DNA of 56,684 nt, counting the filler, from Catajapyx aquilonaris (lineage: Eukaryota): the NCBI GenBank assembly GCA_000934665.2. It is 2 parts of 2 records of this genome, joined end to end, with 100 filler letters (N's around TTAATTAATTAA, not from the genome) between each part and the next. Parts side by side here need not be neighbours in the genome. Positions count along the whole stretch, not along the records: positions 28,410 to 56,684 come from JYFJ02004938.1; 1 more part is not named here. One strand, given 5' to 3'. Both the position numbers and the translations under genes were made by a program. Below the pieces are notes generated by a model. That model was not told where the DNA came from, searched no databases, and saw only the letters and a program-made list of their open reading frames with translations. Below are positions 33,923 through 47,480 of the stretch, piece by piece; position 1 is the stretch's first letter; each line of letters begins with the position of its first letter.

Positions 33923-35138
33923 TATGCATATTGTTATACTGTATTATAATGAAGATTTATGCCCTCATGTCCAATGTTTCAAAGCCCAAATTACAGTGTG
34001 GGTGTACAGTACGTATATCTAATCTAATACACGTATTTATTTATTTATTTTCATACCCCACTTTGGCTCCTACCTCGTAAGACAAACTTTATCTCTTGGG
34101 ATGAGAAGGAGCCCAATTATTCCCTGTCGGCTGGCCTACTCTGCCCCACAGATTAATCTGGGAGGGCTGCTGACTGTTCTTCATTTCTACGCCTTCATGC
34201 GTTTATCCTCCCTCCCACCAAGCACCAGTCGTTGTCAGGCGGGCTTGCCTTCACCCTAGCTCTCACCTGCATGAAGCTGTAATTAGCAGTTATAATCGTG
34301 CATTGTTCCAGGAATTTCTTGAAATGCACTTTAATATCTCATCCAGGTTGGGGACTCTCTTGCGTCTCGGAGTTGACCTTAAAGGCCCCTCTGTAAGTTG
34401 AATGTCTTCCAATATTTGGACTCCTTTAGAGACGCAAGAAGGTGGGTTATCGGTTTGTCTGACCTTATTCACCCTTACCTTCATGTTAAAGTTGCACCGT
34501 ACCCCCAGCATTTTTAGTACTAATGGGGTTTCCTTGCCTGCTGTTACATAATATAGTGCTTCATAAAGGCGTCTGCTGCATTGAAAATTTATAGTAACCT
34601 TTACCCTCAAAAGTTTGTCGGTTGAATTCATTAACTCCCTGTATATAAATAAGAACTTACCAATTGGTTTTTTCCAGGTTTTTTCTATGGATCTCAGCGT
34701 ACCCTGGGTTCCAAGATGCAGATGTTCACCATTATTTTCTGGAAGCTATTTCATGCAGGAGGCTACCAAGCACCAACGGATCAACTCACTACAAAAAAAT
34801 TAAGCCGTTGAAACAGGTTGTATTGTTGAGTGGTCATGAAAATTAATCCTTCATTTTAAATTTGCTGTTCCAACAGACATGCATTATGAAAGCAGATGTT
34901 GCAGATCTCAGCCCTCAGGCGCTGCCAGCAGTAATGGACAAAAACCGTGCAGAGCATGATGCATGCAAGTTACAGTACTAGAGTTGGAAACGTGCAGTTT
35001 GAAAACAGATCTACAGAGTTGCCTCGCTGCTTTTTAAACTTTACTTTCAGGCAGGTTCAAGCACCACACAAAAGCTACCATTGAACTAGGATGGATCAGA
35101 ATGCACAATTCAATGTCGTCAGACACTTATTGTGAATC

Positions 35139-35144
35139 TTTATT
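35139..35144 (-). terminator. Candidate polyadenylation signal of the DDR gene (3'UTR ~1.15 kb)
   Basis: TTTATT on the plus strand, i.e. AATAAA on the minus strand, downstream of the stop at 36300. Confidence 0.45.
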
Positions 35145-36299
35145 GTACAAAAAGTGATTTACTGGAATAAACCATGAAGGCTGGAAATAATGTCATTGCA
35201 AAAACTGGGCAAGAAAAGCAACGAATGGTCCACCATCATAAACGTGTAAAATTGTATGAAAGGAATATCCTTCCTCGTGTCTCGTCGTTAGCTGGAGAAT
35301 CACCATCACATAAACTGGAAGGGGGGCGAGATAAAAGAAACGGAGGTTTTGACTCGAGTGATATGTAACATGTGCAAAGAGTTAGATGCACACGTTTTTT
35401 TTTTCCGTCCAGCACTGGAAACAACACTTGATTGCTATCACACGTAAGAAACGTCTCCACCAAAGCCAGTGTTTTTCTGCACAGAACGAGAAGATTTCTT
35501 CTACTCTGGAAACACACCGCCTTGTAAAATCACCTAAGTTCTCTCCACAAAGAGTTTTTAAGCGCACACATTTTTTTTTTTCCTTTCTCTCGAAACTGTA
35601 CAAATTATTATATTTTTTTGACTAGCAACTTTGCTCGATAGGAAATGTATCTCCATACATGTACACATTTTTACATTAAGGCAGTCTTTTTTTTCCTTGT
35701 CATTTACCATTGCTATTTAAGTACATCTCTGGAGTTGCACAGTCGAACAATGCATGTCCATTGTTGATCCTTGTCGCATTAAACCTTACTAATACACAGT
35801 GGAACTTGTAAAAAAAAAAATTAGTCTGAAAATATTCACGCTTTGTACTGTGTGCTACTAACTTATGGCAAGGGATATCGCATCTGAGGATAAATATTAA
35901 TTATGTCAGGTTAGGTCCAATAAGCTTTCTAGTTACTTGTACAGCATAGCATGGAAGTCAATCATCGAGCATAACTCTATTAAAAATCATGGAAGTTCAG
36001 TTCACAATAGACAACCTGTCAAGTACAGCTTTTCCATCGACTTATGCTGTTAGAGCATATTTTTCCAAGTAAGTTCCACTGCATAAGTATTGCTATCGCT
36101 GTAAATCCACAATGGACATGATTGCATCTTTTTCCCTGCGACTCCTTCTGTTCATTCCTTACTATTAGTAAATCTCGACTTGAGTTTGATCCCACTTTTT
36201 GAAACATCACTTGCCCTAGTCCGCTTTGCTAAATGCACTTCTTTCTTTTTTTCCATAAATTAACACTGGTCACTATTCCTTCCCAACTCGCCTGACTGT

Positions 36300-39200
36300 T
36301 CAATCAGGAGCATATCCCAGGTTTTTCCTCTGGAGAAAGAGGTGAATCTCTCTAAAGGTGGGCCTCTCCACATCGTTCCTCCGCCAGCACTCGCAGGCCA
36401 GGTCAAAGATGTCCTTGGAGCAGTTTGGAGGCCTCGGGAGGTACACAAACTCATCGTCATTCGTCTGCAGGTGGCGAAGGTTCTCGATGACCTCTTCGTT
36501 TGAAAGGCCTTCGTATGGCCGCTGGTGTGCAAAGGTCAGTATCTCCCACAGGGTAACCGCAAAAGCCCATACGTCACTCTTTGTTGTGTACTTGCCCTAA
36601 GAAGGGAAAATAATATCAAGTCAAACATATGAATCAATTTATGCCGCCAAAGCCATACCAGGAACATGGACTCCCAGGCCATCCAGCGCACAGGAAGAGC
36701 CATCTTCCCATCCACCCGGAAGTAATCCGCAGCATAGGATTCGTTGTCAGTTCCAAAGTCTGAGATCTTGATATGGTAGCAGTTGCCAACCAGGCAGTTC
36801 CTAAAAAAGAGCAGAATAAGTCGCAATGCACAAACTTGCACACTGCTGCACTCACCTTGTAGACAAGTCCCGGTGCACAAAGTTGAGTCCCTCCAGGTAT
36901 CTCATCCCAGATGCAATCTGGGTTGCCATGTATATGAGGCAGCCGAAGCTGAGGCTGGCAGAGCTGGCAGATCCAGGCTGCTGCGTGGTGGCCAGCTGGG
37001 TCAGCGGCTGCGGCCTCCTGAGTCGGAGGAACTGTGTGAGGTCACCTCCTTCCAGGTACTCCATGATCACACAAAGAGGTTCCTCCCTAGAGCACATTCC
37101 CAGAACACGGGCTATGTGCGGGTCCTGCAGGGTGGCCAGTATGCGCACCTCCTTGTGAAAATCCAATCTGATGAAGGAAAATATTAATCAATTAATTGCA
37201 TTAATTAAAAACATCAAAAAATAATGGCATGTACACATTATACAACCCAAACAAGTCCTTTCAAAAGTTACTCATTGTTCAGAAATTAATCTCCCTTCAA
37301 CCACAATGTGTCTGGTACAGTACTGGTACAGTACGTTTTGAGGTTGTACAAACATAGTAATAATAATAATTTCCTGTGCATGTATTAATGCAGTAATATA
37401 TTTACATCAGCAGGACATCAATGAGTAATTTCCACATACAGATTATGATGCTGAAGATGCATTATATTATTTTGTGATTTGCATAAAAACATTATATATA
37501 TATTGTTACAACACTCGCTTCAATTAGTATGGCATGTCAGACTGTAATTAATGCAAATTATGTCTTGAATAGTTGATAGCATGGTATAGGGCAAACTCAC
37601 TTTTCTTTCTCGGAAGCATTGCTGAGCAGAAACTTGACTGCGACCAGCCTCTTCCCAATGGAGGCTGTGGTCCCGTACTCCGGTATGGCATCAGCCTCAG
37701 CGATGTACACCGTTCCAAAGGCTCCGTCTGCCAGCTTCCTCAGCATCCTAAGGCGATGCCTTGGAAACTCATGCACCACCGTGGTCTGCAAGCGCTGTCT
37801 GAGAGCAGCCAAGAGATCCCCCTGGCTCTGGCTTTGAGCTGGCGACTTCCTGTCCTTGCTGTCATCCGACTGAGTGCCGGTACCAGCACTGGCCGAAGAC
37901 GCCTTAGACATGAGGCTGCCCTTACCACTGGAGGGAGCAACAGACATGGGTGTCTCCGGGCTGAGCAACGGAAGCTGACTTGTCTCAGGCACCGCATAGT
38001 CATACGACACATCAGACTGAGCCGACCCCAGACAGTTGTCCTTAAAGTCCATCACAATCGTGCTGTAGCTGTAGTACGGCGCATACTTGAGTGCCTGGTA
38101 TGGCTCCTGGTAGTCATCCGTCTTATTGCTTGGCTCCAAACCAGGTGGCCGGAAGATTGTACCTGTTTCAAATATTTTTTGTAAGTGTCATGTCCTACGT
38201 AGCAGCTACATGACTGTAGTGTACAGTACCTTTAGGTATGGGAGGAAGAAGAGCATTCCGAGGTTGGTTGTAGTTGTCATCCACTACAACATCCTTGCAC
38301 GATGAGCCCCCCTTGTCCTTGTCTGATGTGTGCGGTACAGGTACGGGCATGGGTGTGAGCGGTGCTTTGGCCCCATTTCCCAGTGGTGATGGGAAGTTCT
38401 TGCGGTGCCGGTGTCTCACCACAATCAGGAAGATGGCTACGGCCAGCAGAAGGATCACAGCCGTCAGCACCCCAATGATGACTGCCATGTACGGCTGCTC
38501 CTCACTCCCAGCTCTCGACACTGAAATGAGGGACAGTCAAACGGGGGCTCCAGCACTCTTCCAGATCAAGACTCACCTGGAAGATTGGTGTTTGGCTGCG
38601 GCTGCTGCTGTTCCTTCTCCACATAGACGTCGCTCATGACAACCGGTGGTTCAGGCGAGGGCTCCGGCTCCACACTAAAGTTGCCATGTGCCACGTCTGC
38701 AAAAAGGGCCGCATTAGAATGCCAAATGCGCCCTCCCGCAAGTTATATCCTAGCAGAGAGGGGCAATGGCATACCCCCAGGAGACGCTCTTTCCTCCGGA
38801 TCTAATCCTCCCCTTTTCCCGCATGCACCCGGAGGCCTCAAGGAAAGTGCCCATTGCCAGCCCCGTATTTTTGCATTAAAGCAGCCGTACAGGTGGGGCG
38901 AGTTCGCGTGCCAAATTCTCCTGGGATACATATTGGCAAAAATGGGGGAACCTAACCCAGGTTGATGCACCACACAAGTTCTGGTTAGCTAAAAAGCAAC
39001 TCGTGTAGAATTGGCTAGTCTGTGACTTTGTCCACGGTCATCCATGTGAGGAGCATGGTACTACCGAGTTTTCTGAGAAATAATGCAGCCAATAGGTCTT
39101 ACCTAGCTAGCTACGTGCAGAACCCTTCATCCGGCCCACCCGTGAGCTTGAATTACGCCCCGTACAATATTAAACCACGGCTGTTAGACGCAAGGAATCG

Positions 39201-42200
39201 CGTCTTCCACGCCATCCCTCAAGACATTATTCTGCTCCTTCCCCCACCGAGCATTTGCACGCACTAATGAAATAAGCGAGACTCTGCTGGAGACGTGGAG
39301 GGGGCTGAGTAGAGTGAGAGAAAGCAAGGTAAGATAGTATATTAATTTGTGTCTCCCCCCCCCACGGTATACACCCGAGGAAGGAAGGAGCTCACGTGGC
39401 GAGAGGTGTTACATGGAAAGCATTTTAAGGAGCTTTCCCTCTCCCCCATTCATAAAGGAGAGCCGGCCACGTGACACACAGGCCCTGCTGTCGTGCATTG
39501 GATTCTGCTGGAGCGGAAACCGCAGAGGAAAATGTGTCCTAATGGGATTCCAGGCTTTCCCTGGGCTGCTGCCGGAGTTCACACTTCAAAGGCCAACCAT
39601 TCATCTGCGAGCTCCTTTTTTTTTTTTTTTGAAAAATTCTGCCTGAATATATATCAAGCCGAGCATATACCACAATCAGATATATGCGCCCGTTGTGAAA
39701 TTCCGACTCTTAGGTGCACCAAAAAAGAATTGTCGTTTCCTCGTTGTACTGACCTGATGCGAAGCTGACTTCGCTGATCATGATCCACTTGGCTGCAAAG
39801 TATAGCTGTATCCGAACGTATCGTCCCACCCGGTGATGCAATTTGATGGAAACGTTTCTGGAGTGTTCGAAGATCCGATCTTCGATGTAGGCGTAAGTGA
39901 TCGGCTCTCCCGGGAAACGTCTTCCGCCCACGCTGAAGTAAACACGCGCCTCGGAAAACACCTGCAAAGACAATCCCCCCAAAAATTGGATCAAACTCTT
40001 ATCTAAACGACATTGACACTTTAATAAGATGGGCCCAATATTCAGGCTTACAAGGCCAATTGCCGTGCATACAACAGTACAATATCAGGTTGGCCAAGCA
40101 CCGAGAGGAAACCAATTCCAAATGGGCTGCACTTGCGAATTGTTCCCTCACTTTTGGCCAACATTCGCATATAATGTGTTCCGGTCCGCACCAAAAGGGA
40201 CTTGTCAGGCTTTCCCCCTCTCAAAAAAAAGGACTTTTGCCAACCATGGTTCGTTACTTAATGGTGGAAGCAGGCAGGTCCGACCCATTTGCTAAAACTT
40301 CAATGGCCTTCCCCCATGAAGCCAACTGCGAGTTTTCCCTAGGAGCAAACCCCTCCCGCCTGATATGAATGGGAAGCTTTCAGCAACACTTGGAACCTCG
40401 TCTTTCCTCAATGCTAGGCCAGAGTTGGTAAATTAGAAGCGGAGGAATTTATGACCCTCGTTCATTACCGCCCGTGTTTTCAATCTCTCAACCTTCCCAG
40501 AGATAAGAGGCCAGGAAAAGGCCAGGCGCTCTTTCCTTCTCCCAAGTTTTATTTTTTTTTACGGACACAAAATTGTAAAGTCTCAGGAATGATTAAATGG
40601 AATCCAGAGGAAAAGGTACACGAAGATTCCTGGGCTGGAACAAATTTCCTTTCAAAATCTATTCGTCAGGCTAGGGATGACATTTTGGGTCGGAGAGAGC
40701 AAGCACGCACAGCTCAAATTAATCTTAGAAGTGCTGGGGACTTACACCTTTTCCTGCTGAAAACTTTGGGTTGCACGAACCCTCCATTTTGTTTCAGTGA
40801 GGCCCCCCCGTATATTATGCCAGAGCAGGTTCATTTCCCTACCTCTTCACTCATTGTCACCAAATCGCTTCAGCAGGCTCACGTTTTCAATAATAATTTA
40901 ACTCCCTCAATTTATGCGTGTCATATGACGCCTATATTTTTATTACGCGTCAACATTCATGTCCAACTGCGGCCACAAATTACGTCCGATCCGGCCGTAA
41001 ACGTCACCTGCTCTCCAAAATAATTAGTGCCGGCCCGTAATTTTGACAGACGCCGAAATGATCGCCAGATGTCTCCATCCTCCGATCTGGGGGCGATGTG
41101 GCAGCCACCTAGCGGTAGATTTACGGCCGTCTAATGAGTCCGAGGCTGGCAAAGTGTCGGCTCCGAAAAAGACGGTTTTTCCTCCCCATGGTTCGTATTA
41201 CTCACTCCTGAATCCGTATGATGGTTGTTTGTAGCGTAATGAATGCTCCCGAACCGCTCGTTTGACTCCCGGACTTTAAAACCCCCCTCCGAATATGAGT
41301 TTTATAAATCTAAACCTTCCTGACGTAGAAAGCCTCATTAGTTTGCAACTGTTCTAATAACCTCCGGCAAAGCACGCCAGTTGTATTTCTGGGGCGGGGT
41401 CGTTACGCAGGGGCCAAAACCCTGAAGGGTGTTTCCTCCCAGGGTTTTCCCTCCCCCCAAGGCTTTTATGGGTCCTAGATTAAACACTGTCTGTTGGAGA
41501 CTCCAAGACAACCCCGGAAATATATGCGAAACCGGTGCGCCTCTGAAAAAAAAAATTGTATTTCACAGACCCCGGATTTACAACCATGCAAAATAAATAA
41601 CATGAACTAATGAGGGTGGCATGTGGCGGCTAATTAGCTGCCAAATTAGGAGGAGGTAGACGCCTGCGAACTGCTTTTTAGGCACGATGTGTACAGGGCT
41701 GTACATTAAATGTGTCGTACTGGTGGCGTCACGAGCCAATGGCGGCAAAAGAGCGAATCGAAAGTTGCCTCCGTATGACCACCTTCACATGATGAAGTGA
41801 AGGTGGTCATACGGAGGGCAAATTTCGATTGGCTCTTTTGCCTCCATCGGATTGTGGCGCCACCAGTACGACACCATTAATATCCGGCAATGTACATCCT
41901 TCCATAGTGTCTGGGGTACACAACTCATAACTTTGGTTTTGGGGCAGGATCGGTCAACATATAGCTGAGAGAATAAGACGTCGTTAGACAGCTCCCTGGA
42001 CTCCCCCCTAAGGATTTGGGATGCTGTGGGAGGGTTGTTTTATCCGGGTCTCCCACCACTCCGGAATGCCAACAGGAGAAATGGCCATCGACTGAGGGGT
42101 GAGTCAAGACGTAGTTCGTTCCGGGACTGTGAAAAATATGTTGGGGAAGGAGAAAATTACTCTCCTGAAACGGTCCTGTATCGACATGGTCAGTTCGTGG

Positions 42201-45200
42201 ACTCTCAGAAAGTTTGGCAACACTGCCAACAATAATGTTTGGGTACGTGGAATGATCTGATTGGCGCGTTATATCAAATTAATCATATTTCATGCCCATT
42301 TTTAAAATCCGGAAACCGATTTTATTGGTCCCAGGCTCCACAAGAGGGCGTCACATCATCCTCCACTTCTCACATTTGACGCATGTAATTACCCCCAACT
42401 TGTCATGACACTAATGATTTCGGTGGGCTCCCGCGGTCAATTACTTGTTCAAATCGATCGCCAATTAGGCGCCCCCCCCCCCTCCTCCTCCCTCCTGCTA
42501 CTAATTACCGCCACCTCGTGCCCATACAGGGGAACCATCTCTCGTCGACGGTGGTTCCCTCTATCGATCCGGAAAAAGGCGGCACAGGTCGCGATGCCAT
42601 TAAGGTGGAGAAAACTCCGTGTTGCTGACGGGGGGGACTGCCACCATCCAGCACAATTTATGGGAATGACCACAGCTCCGGATATCTTCCAGTCCGAGCC
42701 TTTCCCCCCCACACTGTCCAACCGTGGGTTAGTTGCATTGATCAGAAATCCGAATAGGGCGAGGGAGAGATCCGAAGAGCTGGTCAGGTGGCGCTCGTAT
42801 AGCTTCGTTAGTGTGACAGTAAATGGCCCTCGTGTACAGGGTGTGCCGCCTCGTACTTTCCAGGACACAACTTCAGTCTAGAATAGTTACAGGCACAAAT
42901 TTCAACTCCAAGTGTCAATTTTAGTCATTTTATCATCGAAAAAGTCGCCTCGGAACGCCTCTCCTTTCGTGGACAGGTGTCAGGTCTTAAACCGCAAGAG
43001 ATAGCGACACACGCTTTTCTGATTCGGATTCAGCATACCCTAAATTTGGGGCATGGTCAACTACCGGTTTTCCGGGTTCACTCTATCCGCCAAGGTCAAG
43101 CCTACAACAGGTTTCAATGGTTTTTGTCAATGAATAATGAGACTGACAACATTCTATGTCGTTGTTGTCCAGGTATAATTTAGCAATGATCAATGAGAAA
43201 AGTATGCTAGAATCACGCTCGCGTGATTTACCAATCTTGTTTTTCCTTAGCTTCCAGGCCATTTTTGGTACAAATTAAGTAAACAAATTATAGCGTAAAA
43301 ATCACATTAATGAGCGAGTTACATGACTGACAACATTCTCTGTCTTGTTCTCCAATTACAATAATTTCCTTGGCAATAAGAAAAAGTCTACTCGAATCAA
43401 ACTCGAATCTGGCTTCCAAGCCATTTTTGGTACGTACAAATTCAGTAAAAATATATGTATTTAGTGTAAAAATCATATTAATGAGAGAGTCGCAGGACAG
43501 GGCGGGGACTGGACCGTGACCTGTTAGATGATCGATAAAACATGATTAGTGGGCTTCCGATTTACTTTGGAAAAGCCAATTTCTGCCTGGAGAGAGAGAG
43601 GGAAGTTGGCTCCCTCTGGAGAGAACTCCCTCTCTTTTGCCCTGGAAGTTCCCGGTGAGAAATTAGATTAGAGGTGGGAGGTAATAAGACACCGCAGGGA
43701 TATGCAAGAGGCAGCAAGCCACGTGGATATGTCCGACTCAGCAGCGTGTCAAACCAGGTTTTGATCCTGGAAACTTTACAACTTACTGCCTCATCGTTAG
43801 GTTAGAATCGCAAAATCCCATTTTCGTTCTAAAAACTACACGTGTCTCCCGCCGCTGCCTGCTCTCAGACCACAAACAAGCTGCGAAACGGGGAACTCGG
43901 GGGTGGCCTCCACATCAAACCCATCACCAATCCAAACCCGGTATCCCCCATCGCCATCTCCGGGTCTCTCCAGAGACACCCGTGACCTCCCCCTCTAATG
44001 GTCGAAGAAGCCTGACGCCTCCGGTTCTTTTCCTATAGACATTTCCACCGAATCAAACTCGGATATGGCACCAGCCCTGATTTTTTCCCTCATCTCTTCT
44101 CGCCCTCTCTTCTCTCTATTCCATCAGATTCTTCTTCCCTCCCCTTCCCAGCCAGGAAATGATATACGTCATGACCCGCCTTAATCAGGGTGTCTTTTCC
44201 ACTTCCAGAAAGTCCCATCTCCTAGAAATGGGTTCGCTGGGTTCTACCTTATATCTGTTTACATTGGCGAAATAATTGTACGCCCAGGCCCAGGAAAACA
44301 TAAACTGTAATCACACCCTTCTCATGATTCGTCACGACCAGACATTTACTTCGCGTTGTTTGAACATCGACTTTTCCATTCTACGAGTTCAGATAATAAT
44401 AACTGTTATGGCAACGGAGGGAGGGAATTATTTTCCGGGCCATTAGATCCAGTAGAGGGTATATACGGTGCTTATCAGTCGAGAGGCAGAATTTGCATGT
44501 AAATAAGCGGATGTTATGTTCGGGTCATTAAGCAGGGCATATTGAAAATGAGGCGTGATTTGCACCTGGAAACACTGATAACTGGAAACACTGATGAAAT
44601 AAACCTTTAAAAAAACTACGATTTACAAAAAAATATATCTATCTCAGCAGTGCCTAGGGCGGTACGTGTTGCAAAGTTGCCTAATTTCTGATATAATTTT
44701 GGACAGCTTTACGCTTGGATCCCTGGAGCGTGGAAGCTTAAATATGGAACAGTCCAAAATGCAAAGCGTAAAGTATTAGTTCACAGCAGCAGGGCAGAGT
44801 CTCACGGGATAAAATAATACCCCGGAACATCAGGTGGAAGTCGAGGCCAACAAGTTGTTCTCAGTAAGTGAACATACATTTTTTTTGTACAGTTGTGTGC
44901 ACTTACCTGTATGTCTCTGGTGAACTGGTTGTTGGCGTAAATGTGAAGGCCGCTAAATTCTCTGACCTCGTCGAACTCGAAGGTGATTTCCACTGCCTGA
45001 CCGTTCCTCGTGTCGTTTCTCCAACCAACCCATCCTTGCCCTAAAAGGAGAAAATGGCACGAATTACCTAATAATTCGGGTTAATTGCGTAATGCAATTT
45101 ATCAGACTGAATATTACACAGAACTTGCAGAATTTGTCAAATACTCAAATTATCCAATAATCCTTAATGCAAATAAGCGAATATGCAATTAAGCGGAGTT

Positions 45201-47480
45201 CGCTCTACATTATTTTATTGTCTGAGGCTTCTGTGCACATAGAACAAAATGGAGTAGACAGTAGCCCCTGAAACCCATCATCTCCACTAGTCTCGAGAGG
45301 TTTCGAGTTCTCAGGATCGATGGGGAGGGAAACACTAGACATCCCCAAGGAGTCTCCATCCCTTTTCCCCTCAACTCCTTCGGGCCTTTTGCTAAACTTC
45401 CGATCACAATTTGACACCCATCTCCACTTCGGCCCGGACGGTATATACAACACTGGAGGCAGATCACGTGGCCAACAACTCCCAGGAATTTTTCTGGAGA
45501 AGTCCATCATGGTGGTTCAGAAAGAACTGTAAATTTTTTGTTCAGAATAGTTCTATCTGCTTTAGGTGCATCTCTTTCCCCACAATTGGGGTCAGAGTGT
45601 GGGTTGGAGAGCTCAAGGAGAGTCAACCTGCGTCGCTACCGTTCCCCAACATTTGCATGGTTACGAGTTTTCTGGCCAAGTGGGAGGAATTATATAGAGA
45701 GGCGTAGGGTCCTTTAACTTCTCAAGGATTCTTTTTTTTGCCCTCACTCTTTCCTTTCTCTGTCCAAACCCCCATGTTTACAACTCACAAGTTTCGAGGG
45801 TTTCGCAAAAAAAAAAAAAAAAAAAAACGGGCGTTACCGGGTGAATCCCAAATGAACCGCCGTTTGATGGACACTTCCACCGGACAGGAACAACACTTGG
45901 AGCAGACAGGGTGTCTCGTGATGTAAGATGCTCACCGACTCGCACTAGAAGTTTGACCACTATGAGACAACCCTCCTCACCTCTTTCGTGGTCGTAATAA
46001 GCCATCTTGAAGTTCTCCGGTCCGACCCGGCCATCAGTCAGCTGTCCCATGCCGTTTCTCAGCAGGGCCCCGTCCCAGAAGCCGTCGTAGGTGGCGTCGT
46101 AGAACTCCCATCCGGTACCCCTCTTGTCTCCTTGAGGCATGGTGTAGCTCACGATGCCGTCTGCCAACATTAAACAAGCTCCGGTCAGCAGGGGTTCTCA
46201 TCCGAAACGTGCCTTACAAATCCAGGTAATAAAATGGCGCAATCCTCACTCAAAACTTAAAAGAGAAAATCTGTAATCGTCTACATATATATAAAAGGCA
46301 CAATTTGTTTGTTTGTCCACGTTTGACATGGCAACGGGCTTCCATTGCAAATATGGGCACCCACAACAAATTGAGAAAATATCCTATACATATTATATAA
46401 AATGCAATTGTTTGTTTGTTTGTCCAGGTTTTGTTACCATGGCAACGGAGTTCCATTGCAACTGTGAGCACGCACAACAAATTGAGAATATTTTCTACAT
46501 ACGAACGGTATATAAATTGCAAAGTTTGTTTCTCTGTCCAAAAGTTAAAGACTGACCTATCCACTCGCATCCGTAGAACTCGACCCTCATGCAGACGGTT
46601 CTTCGATGGTAGCTGTAAGGCAAGAAGCGGAGTCTGCTGGCCATCATGGGTGGTGTGAGCGCCCTCTTCTCTGCCAGGTAGGTGTTGGTGTTGCCCTGAA
46701 TCACCTGAAGACAGAAACATAGAGTCTGAATCTGAGGGGGGGGATCAGGATCTGAAATCCAGCTACTTTGGGTCGATCAAGCCTGCCTGGCTTTGCTTGC
46801 GTTTTTTAGCTGGGGGACTGAAGAAGAAGCAAGAGTAGACCTTCTTCCCCCCCTCAGACTCAATCAATCCCAATCAAGGCGCTTTCTCCGTCTCCAGGAA
46901 AAATAAATTAATTTATTGCGGGAATAGCTGGTCTTCCTCCACACACAAATTGATTTGATTCAGGCGGTGGATATAATGGCCTGGAGGGGGTAGGTTTATC
47001 CGTTTTTTGGGGGAAGTCTGCGGGGACCCATGGCTAATGAAGGGCCCACGTGCACTTAGCAGTCTGTCACGGCTGTCACGGAGGATGGGTTCAGGTTAGT
47101 GTGACGAACGGTGACTTATAGGGAGGGAGGAGAAAATGTTTGGAGTACGTTGCATGCCGTGACGGTACGTGACATTCGCGTTACGGCATGTGACGTCGTT
47201 GTGACGGTCCGTGACAAATTCTCGTGGTGGTTCGTGACATTTCCTTACCTCGTCCCCCTTGGCGTTCCGGTACCGCACCCACTTTCCCAGCCTGGGCCTC
47301 CAATACTCCAGCATGTAAGCCTCGGAGAACTCCTGCCCCTGCCCATTGCCGAACCTTCCCTGCGTCTCCGTGGCTGTAATGACGTGCACCCTCCGCAGGT
47401 CGATCTCCAGCCACTCTTTGGGCTCCTTTGTGATCTGATGTTTGGGACACCATGCTCCGCCGTTCCGCTCTAAACGAACC
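36300..47480 (-). CDS. Ddr: Discoidin domain-containing receptor tyrosine kinase (DDR-like), 5'-partial, 874 aa in window
   Basis: Exons 47480-47249, 46704-46557, 46160-45981, 45040-44907, 39961-39754, 38696-38577, 38520-38230, 38162-37601, 37167-36856, 36800-36659, 36596-36300; phases consistent. Domains: discoidin (GGAWCP, EWLEIDL, TETQGRFGNGQGQEF, CMRVEFYGC), DS-like (GMGQLTDG, WVGW, WIMISEVSF), TM (AVIIGVLTAVILLLAVAIFLIVV) and kinase (VAVK, HRDLSTRN, DFG, PVRWMAWES, SDVWAFAVTLWE). The signal peptide and start of the discoidin domain were not found in 47481-56684. Confidence 0.95.
41686..41899. mobile_element. ~215-bp imperfect palindrome (MITE-like) in a DDR intron
   Basis: GTGTCGTACTGGTGGCG...GGCAAAAGAGC.AATCGAAA.TTGCCTCCGTATGACCACCTTCAC, loop ATGATGAA, then GTGAAGGTGGTCATACGGAGGGCAAATTTCGATTGGCTCTTTTGCC...CGCCACCAGTACGACAC. 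Confidence 0.75.
42974..43050 (+). repeat. Dispersed repeat fragment, copy 1 (copy 2 at ~52742-52815)
   Basis: CAGGTGTCAGGTCTTAAACCGCAAGAGATAGCGAC...GATTCGGATTCAGCATACCCTAAAT vs CAGGTATCAGGGCCTCAACCGCAGGAGATAGCAAC...GATTCGGATTCAACGGACCCTAAAT. Confidence 0.65.
43251..43498. repeat. Diverged direct duplication of ~80 bp (43251-43328 and 43413-43498)
   Basis: CTTCCA.GCCATTTTTGGTAC...GTAAAAATCA.ATTAATGAG.GAGT occurs twice. Confidence 0.7.
46280..46540 (+). mobile_element. Tandem ~105-110-bp units resembling Helitron 5' ends (2.4 copies)
   Basis: Each unit starts TC/CTACAT..TATATAAA..GCAA..TTTGTTTGTTTGTCC, like arthropod non-autonomous Helitron heads. Units 1 and 2 share CATGGCAACGG..TTCCATTGCAA...GCAC.CACAACAAATTGAGAA. 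No CTRR 3' end was identified. Confidence 0.5.

Noticed and set aside
34290..34631. 113-aa minus-strand ORF
   Set aside because: No recognisable domain and no consistent exon chain.
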